The notes beneath the pieces were generated by a model. It was not told where the DNA came from. It searched no databases and saw only the letters and a program-made list of their open reading frames with translations. The position numbers and the translations under genes are program-made. A stretch of 64,000 bases of DNA from Octopus sinensis (Eukaryota). The stretch is from the NCBI RefSeq assembly GCF_006345805.1, contig NC_043005.1, positions 58,466,001 through 58,530,000 of the forward strand. Reading direction: 5' to 3'. Within the stretch, counting starts at the first letter, position 1. Each line of letters starts with the position of its first letter. Shown here one piece after another: positions 13,308 through 26,654 of this stretch.

Positions 13308-16300
13308 ACTCAAAACGTAGCGGCAGACGAAATACCGCTAAGCATTTCACCTGGCGTGCTAACAATTCTGCCAGCTCACCGCCTTCAGCAAGAGTTATGA
13401 TAGGAAAAGAGATGAGTGGGACAGAAATACCATAGTAGAGGCAGCATGAGCCTAATCAGCTCCAAGGAGCAGAGACCTTTGTGCTGGTGATTAGAAAAGA
13501 GCTGGAACCCTGTTTATAATTTCTCTGGATAATTAATAAAAAATAATAATACATAAATAAATAATAACTCTACATATTGATCCTTGCATATTTTTGATTC
13601 AGGAGAGATTAGTTGCTGTTATTTATGACTGGAGTGACCTATTGATTTCAGCCATCTGTGAAGGTTTGTAAAGGTCTTGGATGCTGTCCCACCTTCTCTG
13701 GTAAATTAATTAGGAAAAAATAATACTACAACAAAAAAAAAAAAACGGGAAATTTATCTATTCTTATGTACTTTTTTGTGATGAAAGCATAAAGATAAAC
13801 AAACAAAAAGAAAACAAAATAACAAAGCTAAAATCAAAAGTCTTTTGTTTTATTTTGGGGGAAGGTATAAATCAGTTTACATTTTTGTTTGTTTGTGTGT
13901 GTGTGTGAGCATGCATGTGTATGTGTGTGTGTGAGCATGCATATGTGTGTGTGTGTGAGCATGCATGTGTGTGTGTGTGAACATGCATGTGTGTGTGTGT
14001 GAGCATGCACGTGTGTTTGTGTGAGCATGCATGTGTGTGTGTGTGTGTGAGTCTGCATTGTGTGTGTTTGTGAGCATGCATGGTGTGTTGTGAGCATGTG
14101 TGTGTGTTTGTGAGCCGTGTGTGTGTGTAGCGCATCACTACAATAAACTAAACCAGCCATCATTTGTGAGCAAGTATGGTTTGGCAATAGGTGCCATATT
14201 TTTCCTCATTGTCACAAGTGCCTAGGTAGTCCATGATCAGACACAGACCCCCTTGATATAGTGGCACGTCCAGTATGGGATAAGTGGAAGGCAGAAGGGA
14301 GGGCCCCATACTAGCTCTTGGCTTGTACTTGCTATTTCTTACTCAGTAAAGCTAAGGAGGTTGGAGAAATGTGAAACAAAATGCTTTGGGCAAAGACGCA
14401 ATGTGCTGTAACAGTCCAGAAACTGAACTTGCTATCTTTTGATCATGATCTGAATAACTTACCCACTAAGCCAATAGTATGGGTGTAAAGTTTTTGTTCA
14501 AGAAATAGCAATATCTTTTAATAGTTAGATACCATTTCTACTGCGTAATAGTAGATTGCCAGCTGTGAATGGGTAACGAAAACAGTTAGTCATTCAGGTC
14601 AATTGAACCAAGAAAAGTTATGTGTCTTGCCCACTGATACAAAACGTTATTTATTCATAAACATTAATATTGTTTGCACTGCTCATGAGAAATTACTCAG
14701 CAGTTTATGGCATCAAATATTTCTCTTCACTCCAGAAATGTGTCTCACACTTGATGTTATTTAATGAATGACTTTGACACCTGCCAAAAATGTTAAACTA
14801 AAATCTTTAGCATTCGTCACTTGATAAAACAAAAATGCTATTTCGGAACCACTATTTCTCTTCTAATTGGCATGATATACCATCTCTTCTTTGCTTAGTT
14901 GATTTTGGTAGAGTTGCTGAAGGAGAAATTTATATAAAATGATTGAGAACTTTGACTTGGTTCCGGTTGTTGCAGCTGAGAAATCTTGACAGCTTTGTGA
15001 GTTTTAATATTTGAAGACAGCTGAAGGTGATGGTATTACAGAAATAGCACAGCTTTGAATTAAAATGATTTACAGAATTCAGTTCCATTTCTCTGTGTTT
15101 GTGTTTAAAACATTGCTGAGCTCCTCTTCATCATTTACAGGGTTTGCTATTGTTATTGTTGTTGTTGTTGTTGCAGTTGTTTGGCCCCAGGTCAGCTATA
15201 AATGAACATGTGTAGGTTCAAAGGAAATCCAAATGTAAACCTTTTTATAAAGTGCCTTTTCATTAAGATGGTATGTAGGGTGTAATGTGCGGGAGATTTA
15301 GTTACTATTTCTAGCAGGTCTGAATAAAACCTTTCTTGTTCGTTGTGTATTTTCTCCCCCCTTGCTCATTATCTAATAATCTGTTACTGTCTCCTTACAT
15401 TCTTATGAAACTACCCACCCTCCCCTACCTCTTCCCTGCTAATTCACATATCTTTGCTTTGCTCACCTTCTTGTACCTTGAGAATTTACTCTGTCACCTT
15501 ACTAACATTTTCTTCTTGGTTACTATTAGTCACTCATATACAATGCCATGTGCCTCCCCTGCAGCAAGACGCCTACACTTGTCCCTCTGTCATACCATTG
15601 CCTCTCTGTTCCTGGCATAAAAGCACCTTTCCTTTTGAATACCAGTAGAGACGTGTAGCTTAGTGGTTAAGGTGTTGGGCACATGATTGTAAGATTGTGA
15701 TTTCAATTTCTGTATCGGGTGACGTGTTGTGTTCTTGAGCAAAACACTTTATCCCATGTTGTTCCAGTCCATTCAGCTGACAAAAGGGATTAATCCTGTG
15801 ATGGACTGATACTTATTTTATCAACCCTGAAACGATGAAAGGCAAAGTTAACCTCTGCAGAATTTGAACTCAGAACGTAAAGATGGACAAAATACTGTTA
15901 AGCAGGAGTGGCTGTGTGGTAAGTAGCTTGCTTACCAACCACATGGTTTCAAGTTCAGTCCCACTGTATGGCACCTTGGGCAAGTGTCTTCTGTTATAAC
16001 CTCGGGCCAACCAAAGCATTGTGAGTGGATTTGGTAGATGAAAACTGAAAGAAGCCTGATGTATATACATATGTATATGCTTGTGTGTCTGTGTTTGTCC
16101 TTCCCATCATTGCTTGACAACCAATGTTGGTGTGTTTACGTCCCCGTAACTTAGCAAAAATTTGTTTGACTAAAGGCAGTGCTCCAGCATGGCTGCAGTC
16201 AAATGTGTGGTCAATGCCAATGCTGCCTGACTGGCCCCCATGCTGGTGGTGCATAAAAAGCACCCACTATACTCTCGGAGTGGTTGGCGTTAGAAAGGAC

Positions 16301-16439
16301 ATCCAGGTGTAGAAACCTTCCCAGATCAGATTGAAGCCTGGTGCAACCTCCTGGCTTGCCAGTTGTCAGTCAGACCGTCCAGCCCATGCCAGAATGGAAA
16401 GTGGACGTTAAATGATGATGATGATGATGATGATGATTC

Positions 16440-17160
16440 TTTTATTCTTTTATTCCTTGACTTGTTTCAGTCATTTAACTGCAGCCAAGCTGGAGCACTG
16501 CCTTTAGTCAAAGAAGTCAACCTCAGGTCTCATTCTTTGTAAGCCTAGTACTTACTCTATCGGTCTGGGGACGTAAACACACCAACATCAGTTCTCAAAC
16601 GATGTTGGGGGGACAAACACACACACATGCACACACACACACACACTCATGCACACACACGCACACACACACAAACATACATATATGCATACATACATAC
16701 ATACATACATACATACATACATACATACATACATACATACATACATACATACATGCATACATACATACATATATTTATATATATATGTATCTTTTATCTT
16801 TCACTTGTTTCAGTCATTAGACTGTGGCCATGCTGGGGTGTTGCCTTCAAGAGCTTTTAGTCGAATAAATCAACCCCAATTACTTATTTTTCTTTAGCCT
16901 GGCACGTATTTTCTTGGATCCACTAAGTTATGGCGATGTAAACACATCAATATTGGTTGTCAAGCAGTGGTGGGAGACAAAGAAAAAAAAACACACACAC
17001 ACACACATGACGGGCTTCTTTCAGTTTCCATCAACTAAATCCATTTACAAGTTTTGGTCAGCCCGAGGTTATTGTAGAAGACACTTGCCCAAGGTGCCAT
17101 GCAGTGAGACTGAACCCAGAACCATGTGACTAGGAAACAAGCATCTTAGCACACAGCCAC
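16440..17160 (-). mobile_element. Two adjacent SINE family A copies
   Basis: Reverse complements of the family A tail at about 16445 and 16795 and of the head near 17150; internal (CA)n/(TACA)n. Boundaries approximate. Confidence 0.75.
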
Positions 17161-18089
17161 ACACACACACACACACACACACAATATATGTAATTGAATT
17201 ATATAATATGCACTTTGTGTTTTGTTATGCATGTGATCCCTTAGTCTATGGAAAAATTGTCTTGTATGAAACAAGTCCCTGATGCAAAAAATAGTTGGGG
17301 ACTGTTGGCATAGAATATGTGTTGGATGGGACATGTCTGGAATGTGAGATGTCTGGAAACACCCTCTTCCATATATCTTCAAACACCAAAGGACATACTC
17401 AACTGGATAAGGTTAAACAATTGAGAAGCAAATCTGTTGTATTGAGCAGTATATTTGCTGTAGCCCATCTTTTACACCTAAACAAAACATGTAAATGACA
17501 ACAATTCCAATCAGTTAAGACTATAAGCCATGTGAGACAATGCCTGGCATTGCATCAGGGCATTTATTATTTATTCTTTTTATCTCAGTTTTTGTTAGAA
17601 CTCCTGGAGTTTTGCATGTCTAGTGGGCTCACTGCCTGCAGCCTACAGTACCATGCTAGCCGTTCTTTTCAACTATTTAATACTTTCATGATTATAAGTC
17701 AGTGAGCTGGCAGAAACATTAGCATGCTGGGTGAAATGCTAAACTCTGCTGAGGTCGACTTTACCTTTCATCCTTTCGGGGTCGACTTTACCTTTCATCC
17801 TTTCGGGGTCGATTAAATAAGTACCAGTTACGCACTGGGGTCGATATAATTGACTTAATCCGTTTGTCTGTCTTTGTTTGTCCCTTCTGTGTTTTGCCCC
17901 TGTGGGTAGTAAAGAAATAGGTATTTCATTTGACTTTATGTTCTGAGTTTAAATTCTGCCAAGGTTGATTTTGCCTTTCATCCTTTTGAGGTCAATAAAT
18001 TAAGTACCAGTTGCATACTGGGGTCGATCTAATTGACTGGCCCCTTCCCCAAAATTTCAGGTCTTGTGCCTAGAGTAGAAAAGAATACT

Positions 18090-18547
18090 TCCATGATTAT
18101 TCTGGCCATGCCAAGGAGGTAAACCTTTTGTAACAGTTCTACTGGGCACTTTATTTCAACTTCCTTCATATTCCTCTTGATGCCTTCTAATACTATCCCC
18201 AAGGAACCAACAATAATTGGCACTATTTTCGCCTTCTTCATTCTCCATAGCTGGGCTCTTTCGTACATAAGAGGATTGTATATATCTATTTCATCCTCTT
18301 TCTTCTTGGCTATTCCTGGGTCAAAGAGGCACATAACATTAACTACATAGCACATGTGGTGCATCTTGTCCACTACCACTAGGTCTGGTCTGTTATGCTC
18401 TAGTACCTAATCTGTTTGGATTCGGAAATCCCATAGAATTTTACTAGTTTCCAACTCTGCCACTCTCTGCAGTTTGTGCTCATACCATGTCTTGCTTCTT
18501 TCTAGCACCCACTTTTCATACAGTTTCCAATGCAATACTTTCACTCC
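18090..18547 (-). mobile_element. Non-LTR retrotransposon relic, restriction-like endonuclease region (R4/Dong-like)
   Basis: WYEHK...KILWDFRIQTD*VLEHNRPDLVVVDK...KIVPIIVGSLG; PD-(D/E)xK-type RLE pattern with stops. Confidence 0.8.
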
Positions 18548-18831
18548 TTCATTATTGTTGTTGTTGTTGATGTTGCTGAGGCTGCCATCTGGCAAAAGAC
18601 ATTAGCATACCAGGCAAAATACTTTGTAACATTTTGTCTGTCCTTATGTACCAAGTTCAAATTCCCCCGAAGTCAACTTTGCCTTTTATCCTTTCGGGGG
18701 TCGATAAATTAAGTACCAGATTAGTACTGGGGTTGATGTAATTGTCTATCCCACTCCCCCCAAATTGCTAGCCTTGTGCCAAAATTTGAAACCATCATCA
18801 TTGTTACTGCTGTTGCTATTCTTGTTGGCTC

Positions 18832-18909
<78 letters not shown>

Positions 18910-19212
18910 TGTAGCTGTGTTATTTAAAGTTTACAAGAGTACACAATACACAATAAGAGAATGAAATTAATTTGACTTTAGAATGCCGGGCTAAGTAGTC
19001 ATGCCACAGACTTCGATCTAGAGCACTTGTAATTGTCTGTGTGTCCCTTGTTACAATGCCAAAATCTTAGGTAAGTTTTTGTGTGAGTTTCTTTGTCTTT
19101 TTTTTTTATAAATTTTTGTTTTCTTCTTGTTTTTCTCCACTTTGGAAATAACAAAGAATGTAACCCCCCTTACAGTGAGTAAGTTCAGTTTCATTAGTTA
19201 AAGAGAACAAAG

Positions 19213-19256
<44 letters not shown>

Positions 19257-20454
19257 CACATACATGTGCACTTGTGCCCGCATGCATACACACATGTGCA
19301 AACATACACACACATACATGCATATACATACATGCACAAACACATACATGTACACACAAACACACACACAAATGCACATGCACTCACAAATGCACATACA
19401 TACAAACACACACAAGCACACACATGCACACTCATGCGTACACACACATATACACATATGCACACACTCGCACACACACACACACTATGTGCACATGTGC
19501 TCTTGCACGTGCACATACACACACACACATGTGCACACGTTCTCTTGCGCGTGCACATACACACACAAACACACAGACACACACAAACACACACACACAC
19601 ACAAACACACAGACACGCACACACACACACACAGACACACACAGACACACACACACACACAACAAACATACAACTAATTTGCTGCCAGTTGTTGTTGCTT
19701 TGAAAAGGAAGCAGAAAAAAAAAAAGACCCCAACAAAACAAACTTTTATCTTCAAAGAGGACGAGAAACAAACAAAATCGAAGTTATATTTAATTAAAGG
19801 ATTTTTGTATGGGATGTGATAAGCAAAAACCAAAAAAGAAAAAAAAGATACAAGACAATAATAACAAAAAAAAAACAGAAAAAAATTAAAATAATATAAA
19901 ATAACAACATTGTATATTGAGCTCCTGGTCTTCTTGAGCACAGACAACACTTTAAATTTTAGTTTTAAATTAAATTAATGTTAGATATTAGAGAGCGAGC
20001 CAATAGTATCTAGCGGTAATTGAGTGAGTAGTGATAGGAGAGGGGATGATTGTGTATGTGTGTTTGTGTGTGTGTAGGTGATGTTATGCAATTTTTTCAA
20101 TTTGGGGGCAGTCTTTGTTTTGTGTATATTTTGATTTATTGTAGTATAACATTGTATAGTAATGTATTTTAAAATACAGTTGCTAAAATTAGCTTCCTCA
20201 AGAATGATCAGCAAAAAAAAGAAATGGTTTTTTTTTTTTCTCTTACTGAAACTGGGACAACTGACAGGACAGAATTTGTTGGAGTGACAGAACTGGAATC
20301 TAATTCTTGTAGAATCTAATTCCAGTCCTTTGCATTTTGAGTTTAAAAATCGTACCAAGGTCAAACTTTGCTGTACATCTTTCTTGTGGGTCATCCTTGT
20401 CGTTGACATTGTCTTCTTCTTCTTCTTCTTCTTCTTCTTCTTCTTCTCTTCTTC

Positions 20455-20937
20455 TTCTTCCAATCAGGACTCACACCATTAGTCACAAACAATAATCTCT
20501 AATTCGAGCCTACTCTAATCTACTAAGGATGCGTGTGGCAACTTGAAGATCCACCCACCACATGCGATAGACTGGCAGTTGCACGGGCACGAAAGCAATG
20601 TTGTTATCCTCATTCCATAAATGGTTGCTTTTAACAGGTGGAGAGCTGAACCATCCTGGGGTACAGAGGATTCGCAATCTAGACTAGGGTCTGAAAGTTT
20701 ACCACACCATAGTGGGTTACACCATAGTTCCTCTGCTTTGTGGCAGAAGTAGGAAGAAAGAGTGAGAGAAAGTTGTGGTGAAAGAGTACAGCAGGGTTCA
20801 CCACCATCCCCCACCAGAGCCTGGTGCAGCTTAGGTGTTTTTGCTCAATAAACACTCACAATGCCCGGTCTGGGAATCGAAACCAAGTTCTTGCGACCGC
20901 AAGTCTGCTGCCCTAACCACTGGGCCATTGCATCTCC
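20455..20937 (-). mobile_element. SINE family D (tRNA-Arg-like head; OR1/OR2-like), tail type 1
   Basis: Reverse complement of GGAGATGCAATGGCCCAGTGGTTAGGGCAGC...GGTTTCGATTCCCAGACCGGGC (Pol III A and B boxes); distinct 3' half ending in (GAA)n. Confidence 0.8.
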
Positions 20938-21358
20938 ACTGTTGTCGTTGTTGTAGGTGGTGGTGGTGGTGGTGGTGGCATGTGGTGTTGATGAAATAAT
21001 ATATAAGACATGTGCTGGAGTTGATTTGATTGACAATATCCCCACCACAAATAACCTTTTGGCCTTGTGCCAATGCTAGAAGTCAATATCGCTTTTATAT
21101 ATATATACAAGGCAGTGAGCTGGCAGAATTGTTAGCATACCAGGCAAAATGCTTAGTGGGCATTTCATCTGTCTTTATGTTCCGAGTTCAAATTCCATCA
21201 AAGTTAACTTTGCCTTTCATCCATTTTGGGTCAATAAAATAAGTACCAGTTAAGCACTGGGCTTAATGTAATTGGCTTACTACCCACCTTGAACTTGCTG
21301 GTCTTATGCCAAAATTCGAAACCAGATGTCTGTTTCATCTTCCACATTATCATCTTGT

Positions 21359-21590
21359 GGAGGCACATGGCTTAGTTGTTAGGGTGTTTGACTCATGTTT
21401 CTAAGATTGTGATTTCAATTCCTGCTTTGAGTGATGTGTTGTGTTCTTGAGTAAAATATTTTGATTCACGTTGTTCCAGTCCACTCAGCTGACAAAAATT
21501 AGGAATCATGCAACGAACTGGAATCCCTTCAAGGTGAGGAATTCATATGCCATAGAAACCAGGAAACTGACCCTTATGAGTTGGTCAGGG
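21359..21590 (+). mobile_element. SINE family E (tRNA head + CORE-like GTGTTCTTGAGCAA..CACTT segment)
   Basis: GGAGGCACATGGCTTAGTTGTTAGGGTG head, then TGTGTTCTTGAG...CCAGTCCACTCAGCTG. Related copies about 15651-15790 +, 41400-41712 -, 57650-57790 -; a matching tail ending (TTTACC)n at about 7690-7912 +. Confidence 0.7.
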
Positions 21591-21940
21591 AGGTAACTTT
21601 TTTTTAACCTCATCATCATCATCATCATATAACATCCGCTTTTACATGTTTTACATGGATTGGACGGAATATACTCGAGGCAGATTCTCTACAGCCAGAT
21701 TCCCATCTAGGTGCCAACCCTCACCTGTTTCCAAGTAAGGTAATATTACCCCATGAACCAGACATGTTCTCACAGAACACTGGAAAAGAATGATACTGCT
21801 TGTATGACAGTGACACTCTTTTACAACTCTCATCTGATGTCAAAACAAGGAGACACAAGTACACATATACGCACATCACATACATACACATACACAGACA
21901 CACACTCAGGCATATATGTGCACACACGTACACACACACA

Positions 21941-21982
<42 letters not shown>

Positions 21983-22297
21983 CACACTGGGATCTGGTGC
22001 AGTTCTCCTGCTTGTCAGCTCTGGTCAAACTGTCTGACCTATGCCAGCATGGAAAACGGACGTTAAAGGATGATGTTGATATAAGATGAGCTTCTTTCAG
22101 TCTCCATCATCCAAATTCACTCACAAAGCTTTAGTCAGCCTGTGACTGTACTAGAAGGCACTTACCCAAGGAACCACAATATCGGACTGAACCTGGAACC
22201 ATGTGGTTGGGGAGCAAACATTTTGCCACACAGCAATACCTGCACCTATGGTGCACCTAAATCTATAAGAAATATATATATATATATACATACATAT

Positions 22298-22353
<56 letters not shown>

Positions 22354-22519
22354 TACACTCACGGAGTGGTTGGCGTTAGGAAGGGCATCCAGCTGTAGAA
22401 ACACTGCCAGATAAGACTGGAGCCTGGTGCAGCCTTCTGGCTTCCCAGATCCCCGGTCGAACCGTCCAACCCATGCTAGCATGGAGAACGGACGTTAAAC
22501 GATGATGATGATGATGATG

Positions 22520-22563
<44 letters not shown>

Positions 22564-22565
<2 letters not shown>

Positions 22566-22870
22566 AGGCGCAATGGCCCAGTGGTTAGGGCAGCGAACTC
22601 GCAGTCGTAGGATTGCGGTTTTGATTCCCAGACCGGGCGTTGTGTGTGTTTATTGAGCGAAAACACCTAAAAGTTCCATGGCGCTCCGGCAGGGGGTGGT
22701 GATCCCTGCTGTACTCTTTCACCACTCTTTCTCTCACACTTTCGTCTGTTGGCCTGCTCGCTTAGCCAACGGGGTGGCGTCATTCGAAGGCTAAAACAAT
22801 GCGAACGCATTGTGACCAGCGTTGTGTAGCAACATCTGATGGTCTGGTCGGAAAGAAAAAAAGAAAGAAA
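22564..22870 (+). mobile_element. SINE family D, tail type 2
   Basis: GGAGGCGCAATGGCCCAGTGGTTAGGGCAGCGAACTCGCAGTC head (TCG anticodon-like position); 3' half ...GCAACATCTGATGGTCTGGTCGG + A-rich tail. Confidence 0.85.
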
Positions 22871-22994
22871 AATATATATATATATACACAAGAGGCTTTT
22901 TTTCAGTTTCCATCTACCAAATTCATTCTCAAAGCTTTAAGAATAAAATCTCTTGATTTCATAATTATGGGTTTGTCTAAAATGAATCTTCTTT

Positions 22995-23170
22995 TATCTA
23001 TTATTTGTTTCAGTCAATTGCTGGAGCACTGACCCCAGTACTTATTCTTTGTAAGCCTAGTACTTATTCAATCAGTCTCTTTGCCGAACAGCTAAGCTAC
23101 GGGGACGTAAACACACCAGCATCGGTTGTCAAGCAATGTTGTGGGGACAAACACAGACGCACACACACAT

Positions 23171-23211
<41 letters not shown>

Positions 23212-23372
23212 CAACGGGCTTCTTCCAGTTTCCATCTAGCAAATCCATTCACAAATCTTTGGTTGGCCTGAGGCTATAGGAGAAGACACTTGCCCAAGGT
23301 GCCATGCAGTGAGACTGAACCCAGAACCATGTGGTTTGTAAGCAAGCTACTTACCACACAGCCGCACCTGCA
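22995..23372 (-). mobile_element. SINE family A copy about 130 nt upstream of exon 23500
   Basis: Reverse complement of family A head, body and tail. Confidence 0.8.
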
Positions 23373-23499
23373 CCTATATAATAAACAAGTAAACATTTCT
23401 CTAAATAAACAAGTTTATTATAGATCATACACCAGGTCTATGATCTATAATAAATAAGTAAACCTTTCTCTAACTAAATTTTGTATTTTGATATTTCAG

Positions 23500-23615
23500 G
23501 TCCAACGGTTCATTTTAGATATGGTCACATCAATTTTCAGATTGCTAGGTTGGGTTCCAAAGCAAGAAAGACTTGTTCTATTGTGAACAACAGTCAAGTT
23601 GCCATAACTTACAAG
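23500..23615 (+). CDS. CFAP65: Internal coding exon (phase 1-0) of CFAP65-like gene
   Basis: CTAAC branch motif at 23470-23474, TTTCAG acceptor, 116 nt, (G)PTVHFRYGHINFQIARLGSKARKTCSIVNNSQVAITYK, donor AAG|GTAAT. The split Gly codon (G+GT) matches the previous exon's phase. GP-x-F..N-F..N-S pattern of ASH/MSP-type domains; HYDIN is a weaker alternative. Confidence 0.75.
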
Positions 23616-23898
23616 GTAATCCCTTTATATTTATCATCAAGGTCATTTTGGTTGTTGTTGTTGTTGTTGTTGTTGTTTTGTGGTTGAGGAATGTGGTAAC
23701 TGGCAGTGTCATGAGAGTGCTAGACAAAATATCAGAATATTTCCAGCTTCCTGCACTCTGAGTCCAAATCCTGTCGAGTCAAGGCCAGCTTTCCCTTTCA
23801 TCCATTCAAGGTTTATAAACTAAAGCACCATTTTCAGAATAGTAGATTGGCCGACTTGTTAGAGTCTGACAAAATGTTTATGGTAATGCAACAGGAAA

Positions 23899-24130
23899 GG
23901 GCAGCGAGCTGGCAGAAACGTTAGCACGCCGGGCGAAATGCATAGCAGTATTTCGTCTGCCGTTACGTTCTGAGTTCAAATTTCGCCGAGGTCGACTTTG
24001 CCTTTCATCCTTTCGGGGTCGATAAATTAAGTACCAGTTATGCACTGGGGTTGATATAATCGACTTAATCCGTTTGTCTGTCCTTGTTTGTCTTCTCTGT
24101 GTTTAGCCCTTTGTGGGTAGTAAAGAAATA
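23899..24130 (+). mobile_element. Young SINE family B copy with 16-bp TSD
   Basis: GGCAGCGAGCTGGCAGAAACGTTAGCACGCCGGGCG...GTCGACTTTGCCTTTCATCCTTTCGGGGTCGATAAATTAAGTACCAG...AAAGAAATA, CpGs retained. TSD GGTAATGCA(A/G)CAGGAA at 23882-23897 and 24131-24146. Other B copies: about 8031-8250 +, 10258-10465 -, 11480-11670 -, 17698-18085 +, 18585-18795 +, 21110-21325 +, 48322-48540 +. Confidence 0.9.
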
Positions 24131-24268
24131 GGTAATGCAGCAGGAATTGGGTGTGGGATAGGGGTGGGAACCTCTGTGATAATACTGTTGCCAAGTTGTA
24201 TCAACTCAAGTTAGCAGTCCTTTTTATTTTTTTTTTTTTTATATAAACATCATTGGTTTATAGAATGG

Positions 24269-24676
24269 TCATCATCATATCATCAACATTTAACGTCCGC
24301 TTTCCATGATAGCATGGGTTGGCCAATTTGACTGAGGACTGGCTAACCAGACAGCTGCACCAGGCTCCAATCTGATCTGGCAGAGTTTCTACAGCTGGAT
24401 GCCCTTCCTAATGCCAACCACTCCGAGAGTGTAGTGGGTGCTTTTTACATGCCACTGGCATGAGGTACCACCAAACTGGCCCTCATGTCGGTGGCACGTA
24501 AAAGCACCCACTACACTCTCGGAGTGGTTGGCGTTAGGAAGGGCATCCAGCTGTAGAAACTCTGCTAGATCAGATTGGAGCCTGGTGCAGCTGTCTGGTT
24601 AGCCAGTCCTCAGTCAAATCATCCAACCCATGCTAGCATGGAAAGCAGACGTTAAATGATGATGATATGATGATGA
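24269..24676. mobile_element. Head-to-head inverted dimer of SINE family C
   Basis: Arms 24269-24465 (-) and 24481-24676 (+), about 94% identical by eye, (GAT)n tails outward, 15-nt spacer, flanked by one 20-bp direct repeat. Confidence 0.9.
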
Positions 24677-25981
24677 TCATTGGTTTACAGAAAGGAAACT
24701 TGCATGCATGCACTGCTGCTAGTCTTTCTTAAAGATATCTTGTCCAGCCCTGTACATACATGTCCAGTTGTATAATCAACCTTAATCAAGGGAAGCCCTA
24801 CAGTAGTCCAAGGTCAGGCCTAATAGAGCAGGTCTATGATCAGTGGAGTTTTGCTCTTCATGTTTCTTCTTTGTTATTGGTTTTTAGCATATATGTATCA
24901 AGACTACATTATCCAATGTGTCCTTTATTTCTTGAAGATATTTTGATGATAATAAGATGCAGGCATAGGCATGGCTGTGTGGTAAAGTATTTGCTTCCCA
25001 GCAGCATGGTTCTGAGTTCAGTCCCACTGCATGACACTTTGGGTAAGTGCCTTCTACTATAGCCTTGAGCCAACCAATGCCTTGTGAGTGAACTTGGTAG
25101 ATAGAAACTGAAAGCAGCCTGTCATGTGAGTGTGCATGTGTGTATCTTTGTAACCATGTTTGTTCCCCACCACTGCTTGACAACTGGTATTGATCTGTTT
25201 ATGTCCTTAATAACTTAGCAGTTCAGCAGAAAAGACCAATAAAAGAAGTAGCAGGCTCAAAAAAATTAAGTACTGGGATTAATTCATTCTGCTGACTCTT
25301 TCACCATAACTTTCTCTCACTCTTTCCTCCTACATCTTGCAGCTCAACTGCAATGGACCAATGTCCCGTCCAGATGGGGAACCTATATGCTAAGGAAACC
25401 GGGAAACCGGCCCTTATGAACCAGGGATGGCTCGAGAAGGAACAAACATGTGTGCTCTTGCCTTAAGACAGCACTATTCCATGTTCATTAAATTTAATAC
25501 CAGTCATGTGCTGGTGTTGATTCAATCAATGGAAAAGAGACATTGAATAGTGAGATTGCCACTTGTAATTGTGTATTGCGTCTACTCATGGTACCTATTT
25601 CAGCAGTAAGTGGATATGACTAACACAATGCAAAAGTAAGAACTGAACCATTATTGACTCAACAGCTAATAGGCTGATGTTTTATTGAGTTCGCTGGTCG
25701 TGACTATGAAATAGATAAGGATTAATAAAAGCCCATTTGGATAATGAAGGAAATAAGTGAATAACTGGTGCTGTTATAAAGAAAATGGCTGACGTATGGT
25801 TTATACCAATATAATCAACATGAAATGTGTGATAATAAGTTCAATAAAAATTTCCGAAACCCAAATTTTGGTTTCCAGATAGCAATAACTAACTAATTTG
25901 TTACAAAGTAGATTCAGGCAGATAATTCGTTTTTGGAAATTCACTGAGGATATCAGGGGTATTATATATATGCATAGACAT

Positions 25982-26013
<32 letters not shown>

Positions 26014-26036
26014 TAACACACACACATGCACATAAA

Positions 26037-26109
<73 letters not shown>

Positions 26110-26654
26110 CATATATATATATATTTATATACATATATATATATTTATATACACATATATATATATATATATACACACCTATATATAAATATGTAAATGC
26201 TTTGTATATATATGTATATGTATATATATGCTATATATATATATATATATATGTATATATGTGCTTTGTATATATATGTGTATGTATATATATGCTTTTG
26301 TATATTTGTATATTAATATATATATATATGCAAATATATGTACACGCGCACACATGCACACACACATGTGCACACACACATGCACACACATTAGAATGAT
26401 ATACTGATAAGTTTTAATATATATTTGATGCTGGGAATACAAGGTATATCATAAAAATACCCAATATAGCAATTATCAGGGGAATATATCAAAAATTATT
26501 TCATTCCACACACAAATGAATGTAGAAGCGTGTTAATAATAAGATGAGGAATCTCAGTAGAATAATTAGAAGAATTTAATCAGTTCATATACCCTGGATG
26601 TACATAGAATAAATACTGAAGCAGACAAAAGCTTAGGAGAGAATCTCTAAATGA

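Noticed and set aside
22995-25270. Oppositely oriented family A SINEs flanking exon 23500 as a circRNA driver
   Set aside because: Family A copies are so dense in both orientations that this is expected by chance; no sequence-level evidence for back-splicing.
25504-25605. 102-nt open AG...GTAAGT segment as the next CFAP65 exon
   Set aside because: Made of degraded repeat sequence; peptide unlike the expected segment.
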